From NCBI RefSeq assembly GCF_009914755.1, contig NC_060938.1: a DNA stretch of 64,000 nt. One strand, written 5' to 3'. Positions 51,454 to 64,000 of this stretch are shown here, one piece after another. The stretch comes from the human T2T-CHM13v2.0 reference genome, Homo sapiens. Position numbers and translations under genes: made by a program. Every line of letters begins with the position of its first letter. The stretch's first letter is position 1. The notes under the pieces are model-generated. The model made no database searches. It worked only from the letters and a program-made list of their open reading frames with translations, and was not told the origin of the DNA.

Positions 51454-51944
51454 TTTTTTTTTTTTTTTGAGACAGAGTCTCACTGTGTTGCCCTGTATCC
51501 ACACCTTTTTATAATATGCTTTTGGAGGTTTTCCCATCAAGAGGTGGAATATATTTCTCTACTTATTTAAAATACCTGACTTTGGACTTATGTTGTCTAG
51601 TAAAAGGCAGCAAAGTTACATTGTGCCAGTTCCAAGCCTAGATGTCAAGAGGCTCTATGCTCTTCCATTTACTCTCATGGAATGCCCAGGCTAAAGTGAA
51701 GTGGCACGATCATAGCTCACTGTCACCCCCGGGCTAAATTCTCCCACCTCAGACTTCCAAGTAGCTGGGACTATGGGTGTGCACCACCATGCCTGGCTAG
51801 TTTTTGTATTTTTTTTTTTTTTTTTTTAGAAATGGGGTCTTGCTATGTCGCCCAGACTGTTTTCAAACTCCTAGCCTCAAGCAATTCTCCCACCTTGGCC
51901 TCCCAAAGTGGTGGGATTACAGGTGTGAGCCACTGAGCCCAGTC
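51454..51944 (-). mobile_element. AluJ element, antisense, interrupted at 51494-51682
   Basis: gagacagagtctcactgtgttgccc [189 bp] tgcccaggct...gatcatagctcactg...ctcaagcaattctcccacct. Confidence 0.92.
51494..51682 (+). mobile_element. Internal fragment of an MLT1 (F/G/H-like) LTR
   Basis: tgtatccacacc...tcccatcaagaggtggaatatatttctc...tgtgccagttccaagcctag...caagaggc. Confidence 0.78.
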
Positions 51945-52823
51945 TAGCGCATGCCTTTAATGGATGCCATTCTTCCCTCATAGGCTGTTGGTTCTATCAG
52001 GACAGAGACTGAGTTGTTGTTGATTCTCTCTTGATACCCTTACTTGCTATTCAGTACATGTTAGGTATCCAATTAATAGTTGTTTAGTCAATAAATGAGT
52101 GAGCACACTTGACTTTTGTAATGTCTTTTTAAAGAGGTATTATTTTACAGATAAAAAACACCTGAGGCTTTGGGAGTTCTATTGACTGCTAGGTGTGAGT
52201 TATGTTGGGTCTTGTGAATTTACAAGTTTCTTCTTTGGAGAAAATAGCAACCGTAGCAGCTCTAGGTGCAAAACATCTTTGATGAAGAGATTCCATTGGT
52301 ATTTCATGGATAGGCTGAGGAAAGGTACTTAGTAGCAGTCCCCTACCAACCTGAAATAAACCTGTTTTGCTTCCTTCCTTACTCAAGCATTTCTCAAGTA
52401 TACTATAGCTGATCTTGGCATTACCAAAATGAATACTATCCTCAGAAAGCTTAAATTATCTGTATGTTTACCTATCTGCTGTGTGTATGTAGATTTCCTA
52501 TAGATACACATTTTTCTAAAAAATGCTAGGCAGGCAGTGACATATGCAAGAGAATAATAATCAAATTAGTACCAAATACTTCCAGTTGAAAAACATAGAT
52601 TATGTATTTACATGATGGTTTTGGACATGGAAAGTATGAGAGATATTTCTCACAAGGCTGCTTATAGCAAGTAAAATACCATTAGGGTAGTCTCTTTTTC
52701 ATTGAATTATTCATCCAGAGTCATTGAGGGCTTCCCTAGACAATGTTTATGTATTTTGTGTGGAAAGTATAATATCCAAGAAAAACCATTTTCATATTTT
52801 TTAACACTTTTAAATGGTTCACT

Positions 52824-53183
52824 AGCCGGGTGCGGTGGCTCATGTCTGTAATCCTAGCACTTTAGGAGGCTGAGGTGGGCAGATCACCTGAGGTCAAGAG
52901 TTTGAGACTAGCCTGGTAAACGTGGCAAAACCCTATCTCTACTAAAGATACAAAAATTAGTCGGGCATGGTGGCATGCACCTGTAATCCCAACTACTCAG
53001 GAGGCTGAGGCAGGAGAATCACTTAAACCAGGGAGGTGGAGGCTGCAGTGAGCCAAGATCGTGCCACTGTACTTGGCTCTGTACAAGATCAGCCTGGGTG
53101 ACAGAGCCTGGGTGGCTCTGATCGCCCAAGCTCAGCCTGGGTGACAGACTGGGATTCTGTCTCAAAAAAAAAAAAAAAAAAAA
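52824..53183 (+). mobile_element. AluS element with a ~59-bp patchwork insertion near its 3' end
   Basis: Alu body and A20 tail. TSD aaa(t/a)ggttcact. Confidence 0.95.
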
Positions 53184-53742
53184 GGTTCACTGTAAAATGA
53201 AAGTTTTGTTGTACTTGCTTTTTAAAATCACATATTCCATTCTCCCTCACCCTTGCTCCAACTTTTAAAAATTGACTTTGTTTAAAAAACAAAAAACAGC
53301 TGTACTTGGCAGCTGGTTTGGAAACAGCATTGAAGAACTGAGGAATTTGCACAATTAACAGCTATACATAGATACTGGTTCTAGGATGAAAATGTTTAAC
53401 GGTGTGCCACCAACTCTGTTCCGTGTAATAGACTGATTAAAATCTTATTTACATTTCTTCCAAGTTCTTACAAATCCTATATTTCTCCTTAATTTTCATT
53501 TGGTGGGTTATTAGATTTGGTTGAAGGGAAAGCGAATGCTGTTTAAGTGTTTAACAGGCTGTTTTCTCTACTCAGCTGATGACTGTTATATTTCACATTT
53601 ACTCTGAATTTGAAAACTAGCTTTGCAATCTCAGCAGAACTTGTTACTCTCATCTGAATGTGCCTTGCCTCCACCTTAAAACAAACCTGAATCTTAAGAC
53701 TGATGGTTCAGATTTTCATAACAATGATTAAAATAGGATTCT

Positions 53743-54040
53743 GGGTGGAGCACAGTGCCTCACGCCTTTAATCCTGGCACTTTGGGAGGCCGAGGGGGGC
53801 AGACTGCCTGAGCTCAGGAACTAGAGACCAGCCTAGGTAACATGGTTAAACCCCATCTCTACTAAAATACAAAAGAAATTAGCCGAATGTGGCAATGTGC
53901 ACCTGTAGTCCCAGCTACTCAGGAGGCTGAGGCAGGAGAATTGCTTGAACTTGGGAGGCAGAGGTTGCAGTGAGTTGAGATCGCCACTGCACTCCAGCCT
54001 GGGCGACAGAGAGAGATTCCATCTCTTAAAAAAAAAAAAA
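53743..54040 (+). mobile_element. Alu (early S-type) element
   Basis: Alu body with cctgagctcagga. TSD aaa(t/a)aggattctg. Confidence 0.94.
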
Positions 54041-54112
54041 GGATTCTGCATGACAAATTAATTAGCAATCATGTACCTCCCATGTGCTAGGCAGAGCCCA
54101 GTGTTAGGAAAG

Positions 54113-54204
54113 GCTAGGCCTCAGGAAAGGCATAGTGTCTGTCTTCAAGGTATGGAGTCTGTCTATGCTAGTCCTCAGGAAAGGCATGGTGTATCTGTCT
54201 TCAA
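54113..54204 (+). repeat. ~36-bp imperfect direct repeat, 54-bp period
   Basis: gctag(g/t)cctcaggaaaggcat(a/g)gtgt(at)ctgtcttcaa occurs twice. Confidence 0.85.
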
Positions 54205-54254
54205 AACACTGAAACTCTGCATTTCCCAAAGGAGGATGGCTAAAGGATGAGATT

Positions 54255-54553
54255 CACATAATGACATTGTGAATGCAGTGTGGTATCCTGGGTCGGCTCC
54301 TGAAACAGAAACAAGACATGAGTGGAAAAACTGTGAATAAAAAATGTGAATAAATTCTGGGGTTTGGTTAATGGTAATATGCCATTGTTAATTTCTTAGT
54401 TTTGACAAATGTACCATTGTTGTGTAAGAGGTTAATATTTGGCAAAATTGGGTGAAGGGCATATGGGAGCTTACATTAGATTCATAACTTTTAGATTTGT
54501 AACTTTTCTATAAACCTAAACTTCCAAAATAAAATGTTTATTTTTAAATAAAA
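54255..54553 (+). mobile_element. L1MC-like 3' end
   Basis: aatgcagtgtggtatcctgg...tgttaatttcttagttttgacaaatgtacca...ccaaaataaaatgttt. Confidence 0.85.
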
Positions 54554-55841
54554 GCACTAGGATTCTAGTAAAGACTTACTGGAAAGCTCCTGGGTTATTT
54601 ATGGGAAATAATTATTTTCAGGAAAGCACCCCATTCTTGCCCTCCCTCCCTGCAGCCTTAGAGGATGTGTGAAGAATTAACTGGTCACTGGGAGAATGAA
54701 GTTATCTTTTGTGGATAAGGGCTGTGCAAAATGAACATAGCCTTGTGAAGTGGGAATTAGGGCCACATCTGGAGAATTGGTACCTGCTCACCACTTTATA
54801 ATTGTGTGGCTTCGGGTCAGTTAATGTATCTGAGCCTCAGGTTTTTTAATCTGTACAATGAACGTATTGTTTTGCTTATGCAGACAATGGGACTACTCTA
54901 ATAGCGAATTTAAAATAATGTTGTAAAAGTGCTGTAATCACTGTGCTCTAAAAATGTAAGAAAGGTACTTAAACCTTCCAGCCATGGCCAACATGACTAA
55001 TGACAGCTGAGTGGTACTTCTAGGTACTTCCCAGACTTGAGCCTTCAACAACCTGAACTCCATTGCTTTATTGAAGATGGAGAGACAAAGCTTTCCTATG
55101 AAAAAAATGGCCAAATGTGTGTTTTATCCTCCTCTGGTGGATAGTCCAAGCATTGCAGCCTCTTATTGGACTTGAGCATTATCTGCAAGAGCAGTTCCAG
55201 ACAGCTCTTATGTATTGCAGTCGCTCTGCTCCCTGCATTCCACCTTCAGGGCAGCTCCATCCGTTTTTCTTTCTTATGGTGCCTCAAATGGCCTTACAAC
55301 AACAGCGTACTATTAAATGTATCATTTTTTGAGAATGCGCTAATGCTTTTCCCCTTATACCTCTAGGGTTTACTTTGTCATTCTGTCCTTTTATGGTTTA
55401 TTTCAACATACTTAGCATAAAGCCTAGAGTGGTGGGATGCAATATCTTACCTTAGCTGAATTGTGGCCTGGATCATCAGTGTCCTTCGCAAAGAAGTATA
55501 GCTGTAGATTCTCCCTGGAGGAAAAACCCATTTAATATTTAGTTTCATCTCCTTTCATTTTGTTCTTGGTGTACCAGAAAAGCAGCAATGCTGGCTCAGG
55601 AAAGAGGGACTTTTCAGCAATTCATTTACCTCCCTAGTTTTGACCTTCCTCAGCTGGATGTAGGAAAAAAAGATGTTCTCATCCTGACTTCACCCACACC
55701 ACAAATGTACATTTAGTACCTCATCCTCCGGACCAGATGTTAGGCACTTTAGGTTCAAAGGGTTGCTGCCCACAAGAGTTACTAACTGGGAAGACTGAGG
55801 CAATGCATTAAAAAAGCTCACACTCTGCCTCATGTAATCAA

Positions 55842-55854
55842 TGCCATCTGGTGG
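55842..55854 (-). promoter_or_regulatory. Candidate CTCF core motif
   Basis: Reverse complement CCACCAGATGGCA fits CCASYAGRKGGCR at all 13 positions. Occupancy unknown. Confidence 0.45.
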
Positions 55855-55899
55855 TATTTCCGCTTGTTGGTAATAGGTAGTGATAACAACAAGAATGAT

Positions 55900-56085
55900 A
55901 ACAACGACAAACATTAAGTCAGCTCTGTGAACCAGCCTCTAACCAGGTGCATTATATACGATATCTCTTTTGATATGTCCAACAATACTAGAAGGTAATA
56001 CTCTTTAAGATATTTTTGCAAATGAGGACACTGGGGCTTGATGAAGTTAAATAACTTACCCAGATATAACCATTGTAAGCAGAGG
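55900..56085 (-). mobile_element. MIR SINE
   Basis: ttttgcaaatgaggacactggggctt...gttaaataacttaccca. Confidence 0.65.
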
Positions 56086-56449
56086 AGTAAATATTTTGAT
56101 TACATAAATATATCGCTGAGTTCTGTCATTCAGTCTTTTCTCATGACTTTTCCTCATTTGTGTCACACATCACTCATCAGTCTTGGCATATCATTTTTCC
56201 TCTGGAGATTCTGAAATTGGCCTCGCATTGCTTCTTAGCCCTGACTCTAAGCAGCCATGATTTCTTGATTAGGGTTGGCATAGAAGATAAATCCTATTTT
56301 CCATTCAGCGAATAAATGTTTGTTGAAAGAAAAAAGGCAAAAAATTCCTGGCTGAGGTGTTTAAGGAAAAGCTTAACAGAAGGAGTAGAAATTTGTCTCA
56401 GCCTTGGAAGAAAGGTGTAGGGCCTGGTAAGCAAAGTTTATTATGATAG

Positions 56450-56652
56450 TAGCTTGATTATTGAGTGCTTACTTTCTGTCAGCTTTTGACTATAGCCACT
56501 GTCAATCCATTTAAAGCCACAGCATTTCTAGATGATATGTCCTATTAGTATGCCCACTTTACAGAAGAGAAACAGAAGCACAGAGAGTTAAGTAGCTTGT
56601 GCAAAATCACATAGTCTGTTCAAGGCAAAGCCAGGACCCAGAGCCTGCAGTC
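56450..56652 (-). mobile_element. MIR SINE (host of the adjacent Alu)
   Basis: cccactttacagaagagaaacagaagcacagagagttaagtagcttg. Confidence 0.7.
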
Positions 56653-56959
<307 letters not shown>

Positions 56960-59884
56960 TGAGCCTGTAGTCTTAATACACCATACTATTTTAAGAGAGC
57001 AGAGATGTCTGTTTACTGATGTATTCTAAGGGTCTGGAACATAGTAGGTGCTTTATATATAGCGAATGAATAAAAATACCCTCTTTCTTTGGTAAAATAA
57101 AAGAGGAAAGGCATTCTAGATGGGGAAAATAGCAAAAGCAATGATGAAGAGATACCAATGATTTGTTAGTGATAAATGGATTTTTATACAGCAAGAATTG
57201 AACATACATTTGGCAAGGCGGATTGGAGCCAGCCTAAAGAGTTTAGACTTTTTGTTTAGCTCTCATTATCAGAAATCGTCACTTCCTACCTGTCCAGGTT
57301 TGCATAAACCATGGATGCTCTGTTTTATGGTCCCATATAATGAAGATTATGTGTAATTACTTCATAGTGGATTGCACTCTAGCAAAATTAACTGTCCATA
57401 TTTCTTCTCATGAGCCCTTTGCGTTAATAAATGATGCATTTGAGGAGGCAAAAATGGTTGGGATTTTCTGTGGGGGAATTCCTCATGAGGAGATAGGAGG
57501 AATCATGGAAAATACCTGGTTCTAACAAGATCTTGATTATTGACATCTGTTTCTTTGGCTTTTCAAGGTAGTAATTACCAAACAGAGTAGTATAGATCAC
57601 CGTAATGACATATTTGGAATTTTCTGAGCAACTCATGTTTCATGTAAATTGAGGTATTTCGATGTGTTTCATCATATTAGCACCATAGAATGCCATATCT
57701 AGAACTGGGGAAAGGAAATTATTCATAAAAAACAATCTTCATGGAGAATTCAGCTAGAGAAAAAGACGGAAATGAATCAAAATTCCCCGCAATCGCTCTT
57801 TTCCACCCACCATTCACAATATGTGTTTCTTCTTGAGACCTCAATATCCTGAAAGAAAATCCTCTGTCTCAGAAAGTGGAATTAATCCAGGTAATATTTT
57901 GACTGGATTTTGACTGGTAATATCAGCTGTTGCTGATAAAGTCAAGATTAATGATTCCTTGGCTACCAGTGGGCTGAGAGTGTGAAAGTCAAAACCTGTT
58001 AGAAACCAGGGGAATTGCCCATGAAATAAGATGGCTTTGTGAATGCGTAGGTGACTCTGATTTCCAGAGGGGATTTTGCAGTAAATCAATCCTTCTAAGA
58101 TATTTAGCTTGTTTAACTCAATGACATTTTCATTCATAATGCTTTTATTTCTCATCTCAAGCAGGAGAGACAGTATCAGTTCTGCACAAAACTGAGCTTG
58201 AACTTTTACTTGATTGTATTTTCCCATCTATAAACTCTTATCAGGGTGCTAAAACTGGGAATAAAACCTAGCAGTTTGAAAAAATATAATCATTTTATTA
58301 ATGAAAGAGTCTGTGGCTTGTGGTAGAGTACACATTGGGGCCTCATTTGAAGAATTAACAAGGATTAAGGAAGAGCTGCTTTTCATGAGTGCTTCTCTCA
58401 GGAATATCTGTACGTAAACATATTAGAAATGAGTGCTGGTGAGCACTTTTTGGACAGCATTTGATGTAAGCCCTGGGAGAAAGATGAAAAATAACAACCT
58501 GATGGTATTTAGAGTTTATTCATACATTTTTGTGTATATTGTCTCATTGTAATTCTCATAATAGTTTGTATCAAGCAGGGTGTTATTATCATCATTTTAC
58601 AGATAGGGAAATTGAGGCTCAGATGGATTCATTTACTCACCTTGGGTCCTGCAGAGGAAAAGTGAAAGCAAGTGTTTAAACGTTGACACTCAGATCTCTT
58701 ACTCCAAAGACCATTCTCTTTATTATTAAACTATTGATTAGCAGTGATTCACAAAGGTCTGTTTTGTCTCCTACAAATGTGTCATTGTGTATGCATGACT
58801 GAACCTGTCTTCTTAGGAAATCACGATGTATCGGTGGTTCCTGATTTCTTTTTTAGCACATAACATACCTTTCTGACCCTGCCACCTAATGCAAAGTGTA
58901 CTACTATTCACTCATTCTGTTCTTGCATTTTGTAGATTCCAAAAGCATTCATTTTCACACCTACTATGGGAGACGGAGTTAGGTAAGGGAACGGACGAGC
59001 GTAGACTTGAATAGCAGCTCTTTTTCTTACCAGCGGGGACTTTGCCTCTCAGAAAGCTACGCAATCTCTTTGAGTCTCAGTTTCCTCACTCATAATATGA
59101 AACTGAGAGTAGTACTGACTGTATATTTTTGTAAGAATAATGTCTGTCATCCCCTAGCCCATTGGAGGTGTCAACACATGGGGGTGAGTTAAAAAGAGAA
59201 GGGTAAGACAGTCTCCATCATGAATACATACTTAGTCCAAAGGGCGGGGGAAGAAGCAAAAGTATTGCAATCAGTGCTGTTTCCTCAGTTGAATAATTAA
59301 TGTAATAATACTGTTTACCCAAAAAGGATAAAATGGGATAATGCATGGAGAACACTTAGAATCATGCCTGGCACATAGTAAGTGCTCAATAATTTTTAGC
59401 TCTAATCATAGTAATTAGTAAGTGCTCCATCAGAGGCTTGCACTGGTACTATGGTTGCTCTGAGGCAAAAGCTTCAATCATTGGGCTAAGTCAGAGAAGG
59501 CATCACAAAAACAGTGCCATTTGAATTTAGTCTTGAGGCATGTGGAGGAGCCTTCCATGCTGTCCAGAGTTCTTCACCCTGATGGCTGATTTCATAAATA
59601 AGCTTAAGTGCAATGTGTAGGAAAATTGGAGTGAAAGTTGGCAATGGCGGGAGTGCTGGTATGTGTTGGAGTAAGGGTGGCAGGGACTACAATGTCACTG
59701 CCAACAAATGGCAAATTTTATGGAAATTAAAATATCCTGCAAAGTGCGGATTCAAGGCAATGCTGTCCCCTTTGCTACAGGTCCACTGCATTAATCACAT
59801 CCTTTATTACAAGTGTCAACACATGATTGGGAGCAAAATTCTTTGAGGCTTAACTGTAAAGGAAGAAAGGGATAATGGCACAAA

Positions 59885-60075
59885 TGCTGACCTCCATTCA
59901 AATCTTGCCTTACCACTAACTAGCTGCGTGATCTTGGAGTAATTGCATTGCCTTTCTGAGGTTTCATTCCCCAGATCTTCAAAGGAAGTGACAATTATAT
60001 ACCTTGAAATGTTGTTGTAAGCATTTGAGATAATAGGCATACAGTGTGTGGTGTTTTGGTAGATTCTCAGAAAAA
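59885..60075 (+). mobile_element. MIR SINE
   Basis: ttcaaatcttgccttaccactaactagctgcgtgatcttgg. Confidence 0.7.
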
Positions 60076-61768
60076 TAAAAATACTATATATAATTATAAA
60101 TATGATTCTAATTTATTTTATAAATTATAATATATTTACAATTATAGCTAAATACCAAGCACTGTGTTAAGAGCTTTATAGGAACTATCTCCTGTAATGA
60201 TGACATGATTAATAATGACACATGATGGTGATATGATTGACAGAAAGATATCAGCAGGCCCAGATGGAGGATATAGAGTTCTTTTAATGACAAGGATGCA
60301 GAAACATACGGAGATTGTATAGTACCTAGTTTTAAAGCAGCATGCACCTAGAGAGAGGTGCAGCTTTCTGGGTCTCCCAGTGTTTCCCTGGGACACACAG
60401 CTGGGGATAATACCACCTACCTGGAGTAAGGATTCTATTGGGTGCAAGAAGCTCCCTTTGCTGTCACAAGGGTGATTTAATCCCTTGGCATTTCTTCCTT
60501 CACATCTGACTGTTCTGGGAATCTGTTGCAACTTAGAGTTGCAAGGAATGAATGCGAAGACACCCTAGGACATTTCTGATAGTTGACTGTGACACTAGGT
60601 GATGAGCATGTCAGTTCCTCAGGATCATTCCTTGGGAGAACTGGCTTTAGGTCTGTCTAATGTTCCCCACTACAGAGCACTCAGTAACTTACCCAAGATC
60701 ACACAGCCAGTACATGGAAACATTAGGATCTAAACATGATCTAAGTGTTCCTAATGACCATGCCATATCCAGTTAAGAATTGAATTGTGCATACAATTTA
60801 CAAACTAGTTAAGAGTAGAGGGAGGAAAGCCAAACATCAACTTCCAAAGCAACAGAAGTTAGATATTCTATAATAAAGTTATCGGTTGCATGTTGCCGGC
60901 AGAAGTAATGACCAAAGGAGTTAGAGAAGACAGATGACCAAGGGCTGGAATAGCTGTTGAGGAGGAAGTACATTCCTGGCATGCAAATGATTCATTGCAG
61001 GAGGGCTTACCACATCTGATATACCACGAGGCTTCCTTGCTTTCCAGCTGAAATACAACCACAACTTCACCCTCACTTTCCTTTCCCGTTAAGCTGCCCA
61101 CCTATCACACTCCAAAACAACATGTGGGAAACATACCTTAAACAGCTTTTAAACTTTTCTTAATTCTCCCCCCACCACCTCTTCTGGCTCCATAGAGAAT
61201 AACAATTGCTAAGCTTAAAACATGTTACAAAAATGTTAAGAATTCTTTTCTCACGTTGCCAAAGTGACTACTGGCTTAGAAGAAAGTTGGAAATAAGTGG
61301 TGAAAAGCAGCTTAGCAGAGGGGAAATGCGTGGTCATTTCCTGAATGTAAAAAACACCTAGGGTTGGGATAATGTGAAAAAGAGACAGTGATTAGATCAG
61401 GCTTCCAAGAGTTTTCGAGAGGAGTGCACCATTAGACCTTGCTCAGCGAGCCACCGTCCAAGGCTCCCTGATCAGTCTATTTGGCTAAGAGACAAATGTG
61501 CCAACCTCCCCAGCCTCACTCAAGGACTGAGGAATCAATATCTGGGGGCATACTTGCAAACAATTCATAAATCTTATGTAAAGGGATTTAGACAAGATTT
61601 GCTTTGCTAGTGAAGGGAGTGGGTAGAAGAATTATTTAACCTGCAGCTGGGCAGGTTAACTAGAGAGAGGAAGCTAAATGTATGCTATGGTCACCTCTGT
61701 AGAGGAAGAGAGCACAGAAAATTTTACCTTTTCCTGGATTACCTTCCCTTCTTGTTTGCCTGGTGTCC

Positions 61769-62069
<301 letters not shown>

Positions 62070-62342
62070 TGCCTGGTGTACTTTTAATTATTCTTGAAGA
62101 TCCAAATAATTGCTTCTCTTGGAAGCTACCTTTCACAGGCAGACTTCATAGCTTCCATATTTGTTCTTGAATGAACTCCATAGGTTACAAGGATTTCCTC
62201 ACAAGTCTGTTTCTCCTGCTAGAGTCACTGAGATTGTGATACTAAACAGTGACTTACTCATCTTTGTATTGCTACTCTCTAGTAGAGTGAGTTTACTGGT
62301 TAAAGCATTTTCATTAAATGTTTGTTAAGTGAATAAATGTTG

Positions 62343-62400
62343 ATATATATATATATACACACACACACACATACATATATACATATATATCTTTATATAT
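62343..62400 (+). repeat. Compound (TA)n(CA)n microsatellite
   Basis: atatatatatatatacacacacacacacatacatatatacatatatat. Confidence 0.9.
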
Positions 62401-63349
62401 TCTCACCTTCCCCCATCCATTATTTCTTTGGCTAAGGCCACCTGGATTTTCTCTGTTTTCATCTCCATATCTATAGACTGCATAGACCTCTCACACAAAT
62501 TTGCATTGCTAGTTGAGGTGTTCTTTGAGCTTCTCAGTGGTTATGACAAAAAGGACTTTAGCAGTTTGTGACTGTGCCCTGGAATCCTTCAGCAGACTGA
62601 AATACCTTCAGCTGAAGGAGATGGTGTTTATGCAGAAGCCCAGCACCTAGCCCATCAAGCAGTCTGAGGTTTCAGTTGGTGCCAGAGATAACTCCAGTGA
62701 GAGAACTCGGTCTAGGTTTTTAGAAGTTCTTCCCCAGCTAAAGATGACATCTTAATATATAAAGGTTTAATAATCATGGATGGTCCTTTGTAGACATCTA
62801 TTGCTGTGGAAACTCTAGTTCTCTTTACCTTGAGTAGCTTCTTAAAAAGAAAAATAAAGAGAAGAACTAGCAGTGGGAAGGGAGAAGGGGTATCAGGTTG
62901 TATAAGCAAAGTGATTTCTCTGGCTTATGCTTCTATAAATTTGTTTATAACCACAAACCTCTGGTAACAGGGCATTTGCAGAAGGAAAATATTTATAGAA
63001 GTCTACCTTGCCAATTACATTGCAAAAAATAAATTGCCTTTAGAGTCCTTAAAAAAATTCAAATATGTTTTCCCTCTCCACTGCCACCCCCACATCAATA
63101 ATTTGCAGCTCGAGGTCTATGTCTAAAGGATAAGAGTTTCCACAAGTTGATTGTGGATATCTGAAATCAAATTTAATTACATGTGATGGATCAACTTCTT
63201 GAACTCCCATATTTCTTTCATTGTCTTCTTCGGATTCCATGCCTCACCTTTGTGGAAACTGAACTATAGAGAAATGATAACATGACTCAGAGCCAGCCCT
63301 GCAATCAAGGGGGAGTCATCTAACCCAAATTGGTGAGTTCAGGTCAGCA

Positions 63350-63520
63350 GCATATAGTGTCTTGGAAAGAGCATGGGCTTTGCGGTCAGATAGACCTCCT
63401 TGAATTTGAAACCCAGACTGTTATTAATTATATTGGGCAGAATTCTTAAACTCTCACTCTCCTCATCTTTTAAAATGAGGTTTGAAATTCATCATGGAGC
63501 TAGCATGATGATTTACTAGG
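63350..63520 (+). mobile_element. MIR SINE
   Basis: ggaaagagcatgggctttgcggtcagatagacct...ttgggcag...cctcatcttttaaaatgagg. Confidence 0.7.
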
Positions 63521-63596
63521 GAACATTTCTCTGGGTATCAAGGTCCTCAACACTCAGATTGCACTTGCTCTCCAACAGAATTTCCCAGTAATTCCC

Positions 63597-64000
63597 TATG
63601 CTAGTTTTCTTTTGCTGCATAACAAATTACTAGGGACTTAGCTACTTAAAACAACACACATTGATTACCTCACCATTTCTGTAGGTCCTAGGTCCAGGCA
63701 TGAATTAGTTGGGTTCTTTGCTTTAAAACTGCACAAAGATGCAATCAAGCACAGGGTTGTGATCTCATCTGAGGCTTGGGATCTTGTTCCAAGCTCACAC
63801 GGTTAGCAGGATTTAATTCCCTGAAGTTGTAAGACTGAGGCCCTCAGCTTGTAGAAGCTGCTCAGTTCCCTGACATGTGGCCTTTCCATAGGTGTTTCAT
63901 AATATAGCAGCTTCTTCAAAGTTAGTGGTAAAGGCAGTAAAGAAATACATTTACATTTATATTTACTAATGTAATCACAGGAATAACATCCTATCACCTT
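63597..64000 (-). mobile_element. MLT1D-like MaLR LTR (runs off the window end)
   Basis: gctgcataacaaattac...cttaaaacaacacaca...tctcatctgaggct...ttccaagctcac...gttgtaagactgaggccctc. Confidence 0.85.

Larger units (their letters stand above)
50470..52105 (+). mobile_element. L2 3' region hosting a nested LTR, MER5A and AluJ
   Basis: ccagccacacaggccttctttcagtcct...ggctttgcacatt. L2 terminus aatagttgtttagtcaataaatgagtga near 52100. Confidence 0.65.

Noticed and set aside
59558-59580. Partial REST/RE1-like matches (also near 18812)
   Set aside because: Only one half-site matches well in each case.

Overview
Primate (almost certainly human or great ape) genomic DNA from inside neurexin-3-alpha (NRXN3), transcribed on the + strand. 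Only two coding exons are present: 5800-6238 (439 nt; end of LNS2 and first part of LNS3) and 11335-11718 (384 nt; rest of LNS3 plus EGF2). They splice in frame through canonical GT-AG sites. The remaining ~63 kb is intron, and the next expected exon (starting E-A-S-I-L-S-Y-D-G) is not in the window. The introns carry 14 Alus, truncated L1s, L2/MIR relics, MaLR and ERV1-type solo LTRs, MER5 elements and microsatellites. Almost all other ORFs in the track are repeat-derived or chance. I cannot support a wholly new biological system here. The most unusual signals are: (i) several templated-insertion or template-switch scars, including an 80-bp local copy pasted into an L2, an old MLT1 fragment inside a younger AluJ, and a patchwork Alu 3' end; (ii) a symmetric exon between inverted Alus that would give a stop-free circRNA ORF; (iii) candidate cryptic microexon, recursive-splice and intronic poly(A) sites; (iv) a few motif-dense candidate enhancers. 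Repeat subfamilies are called from remembered consensus sequences, and boundaries of old repeats are approximate.
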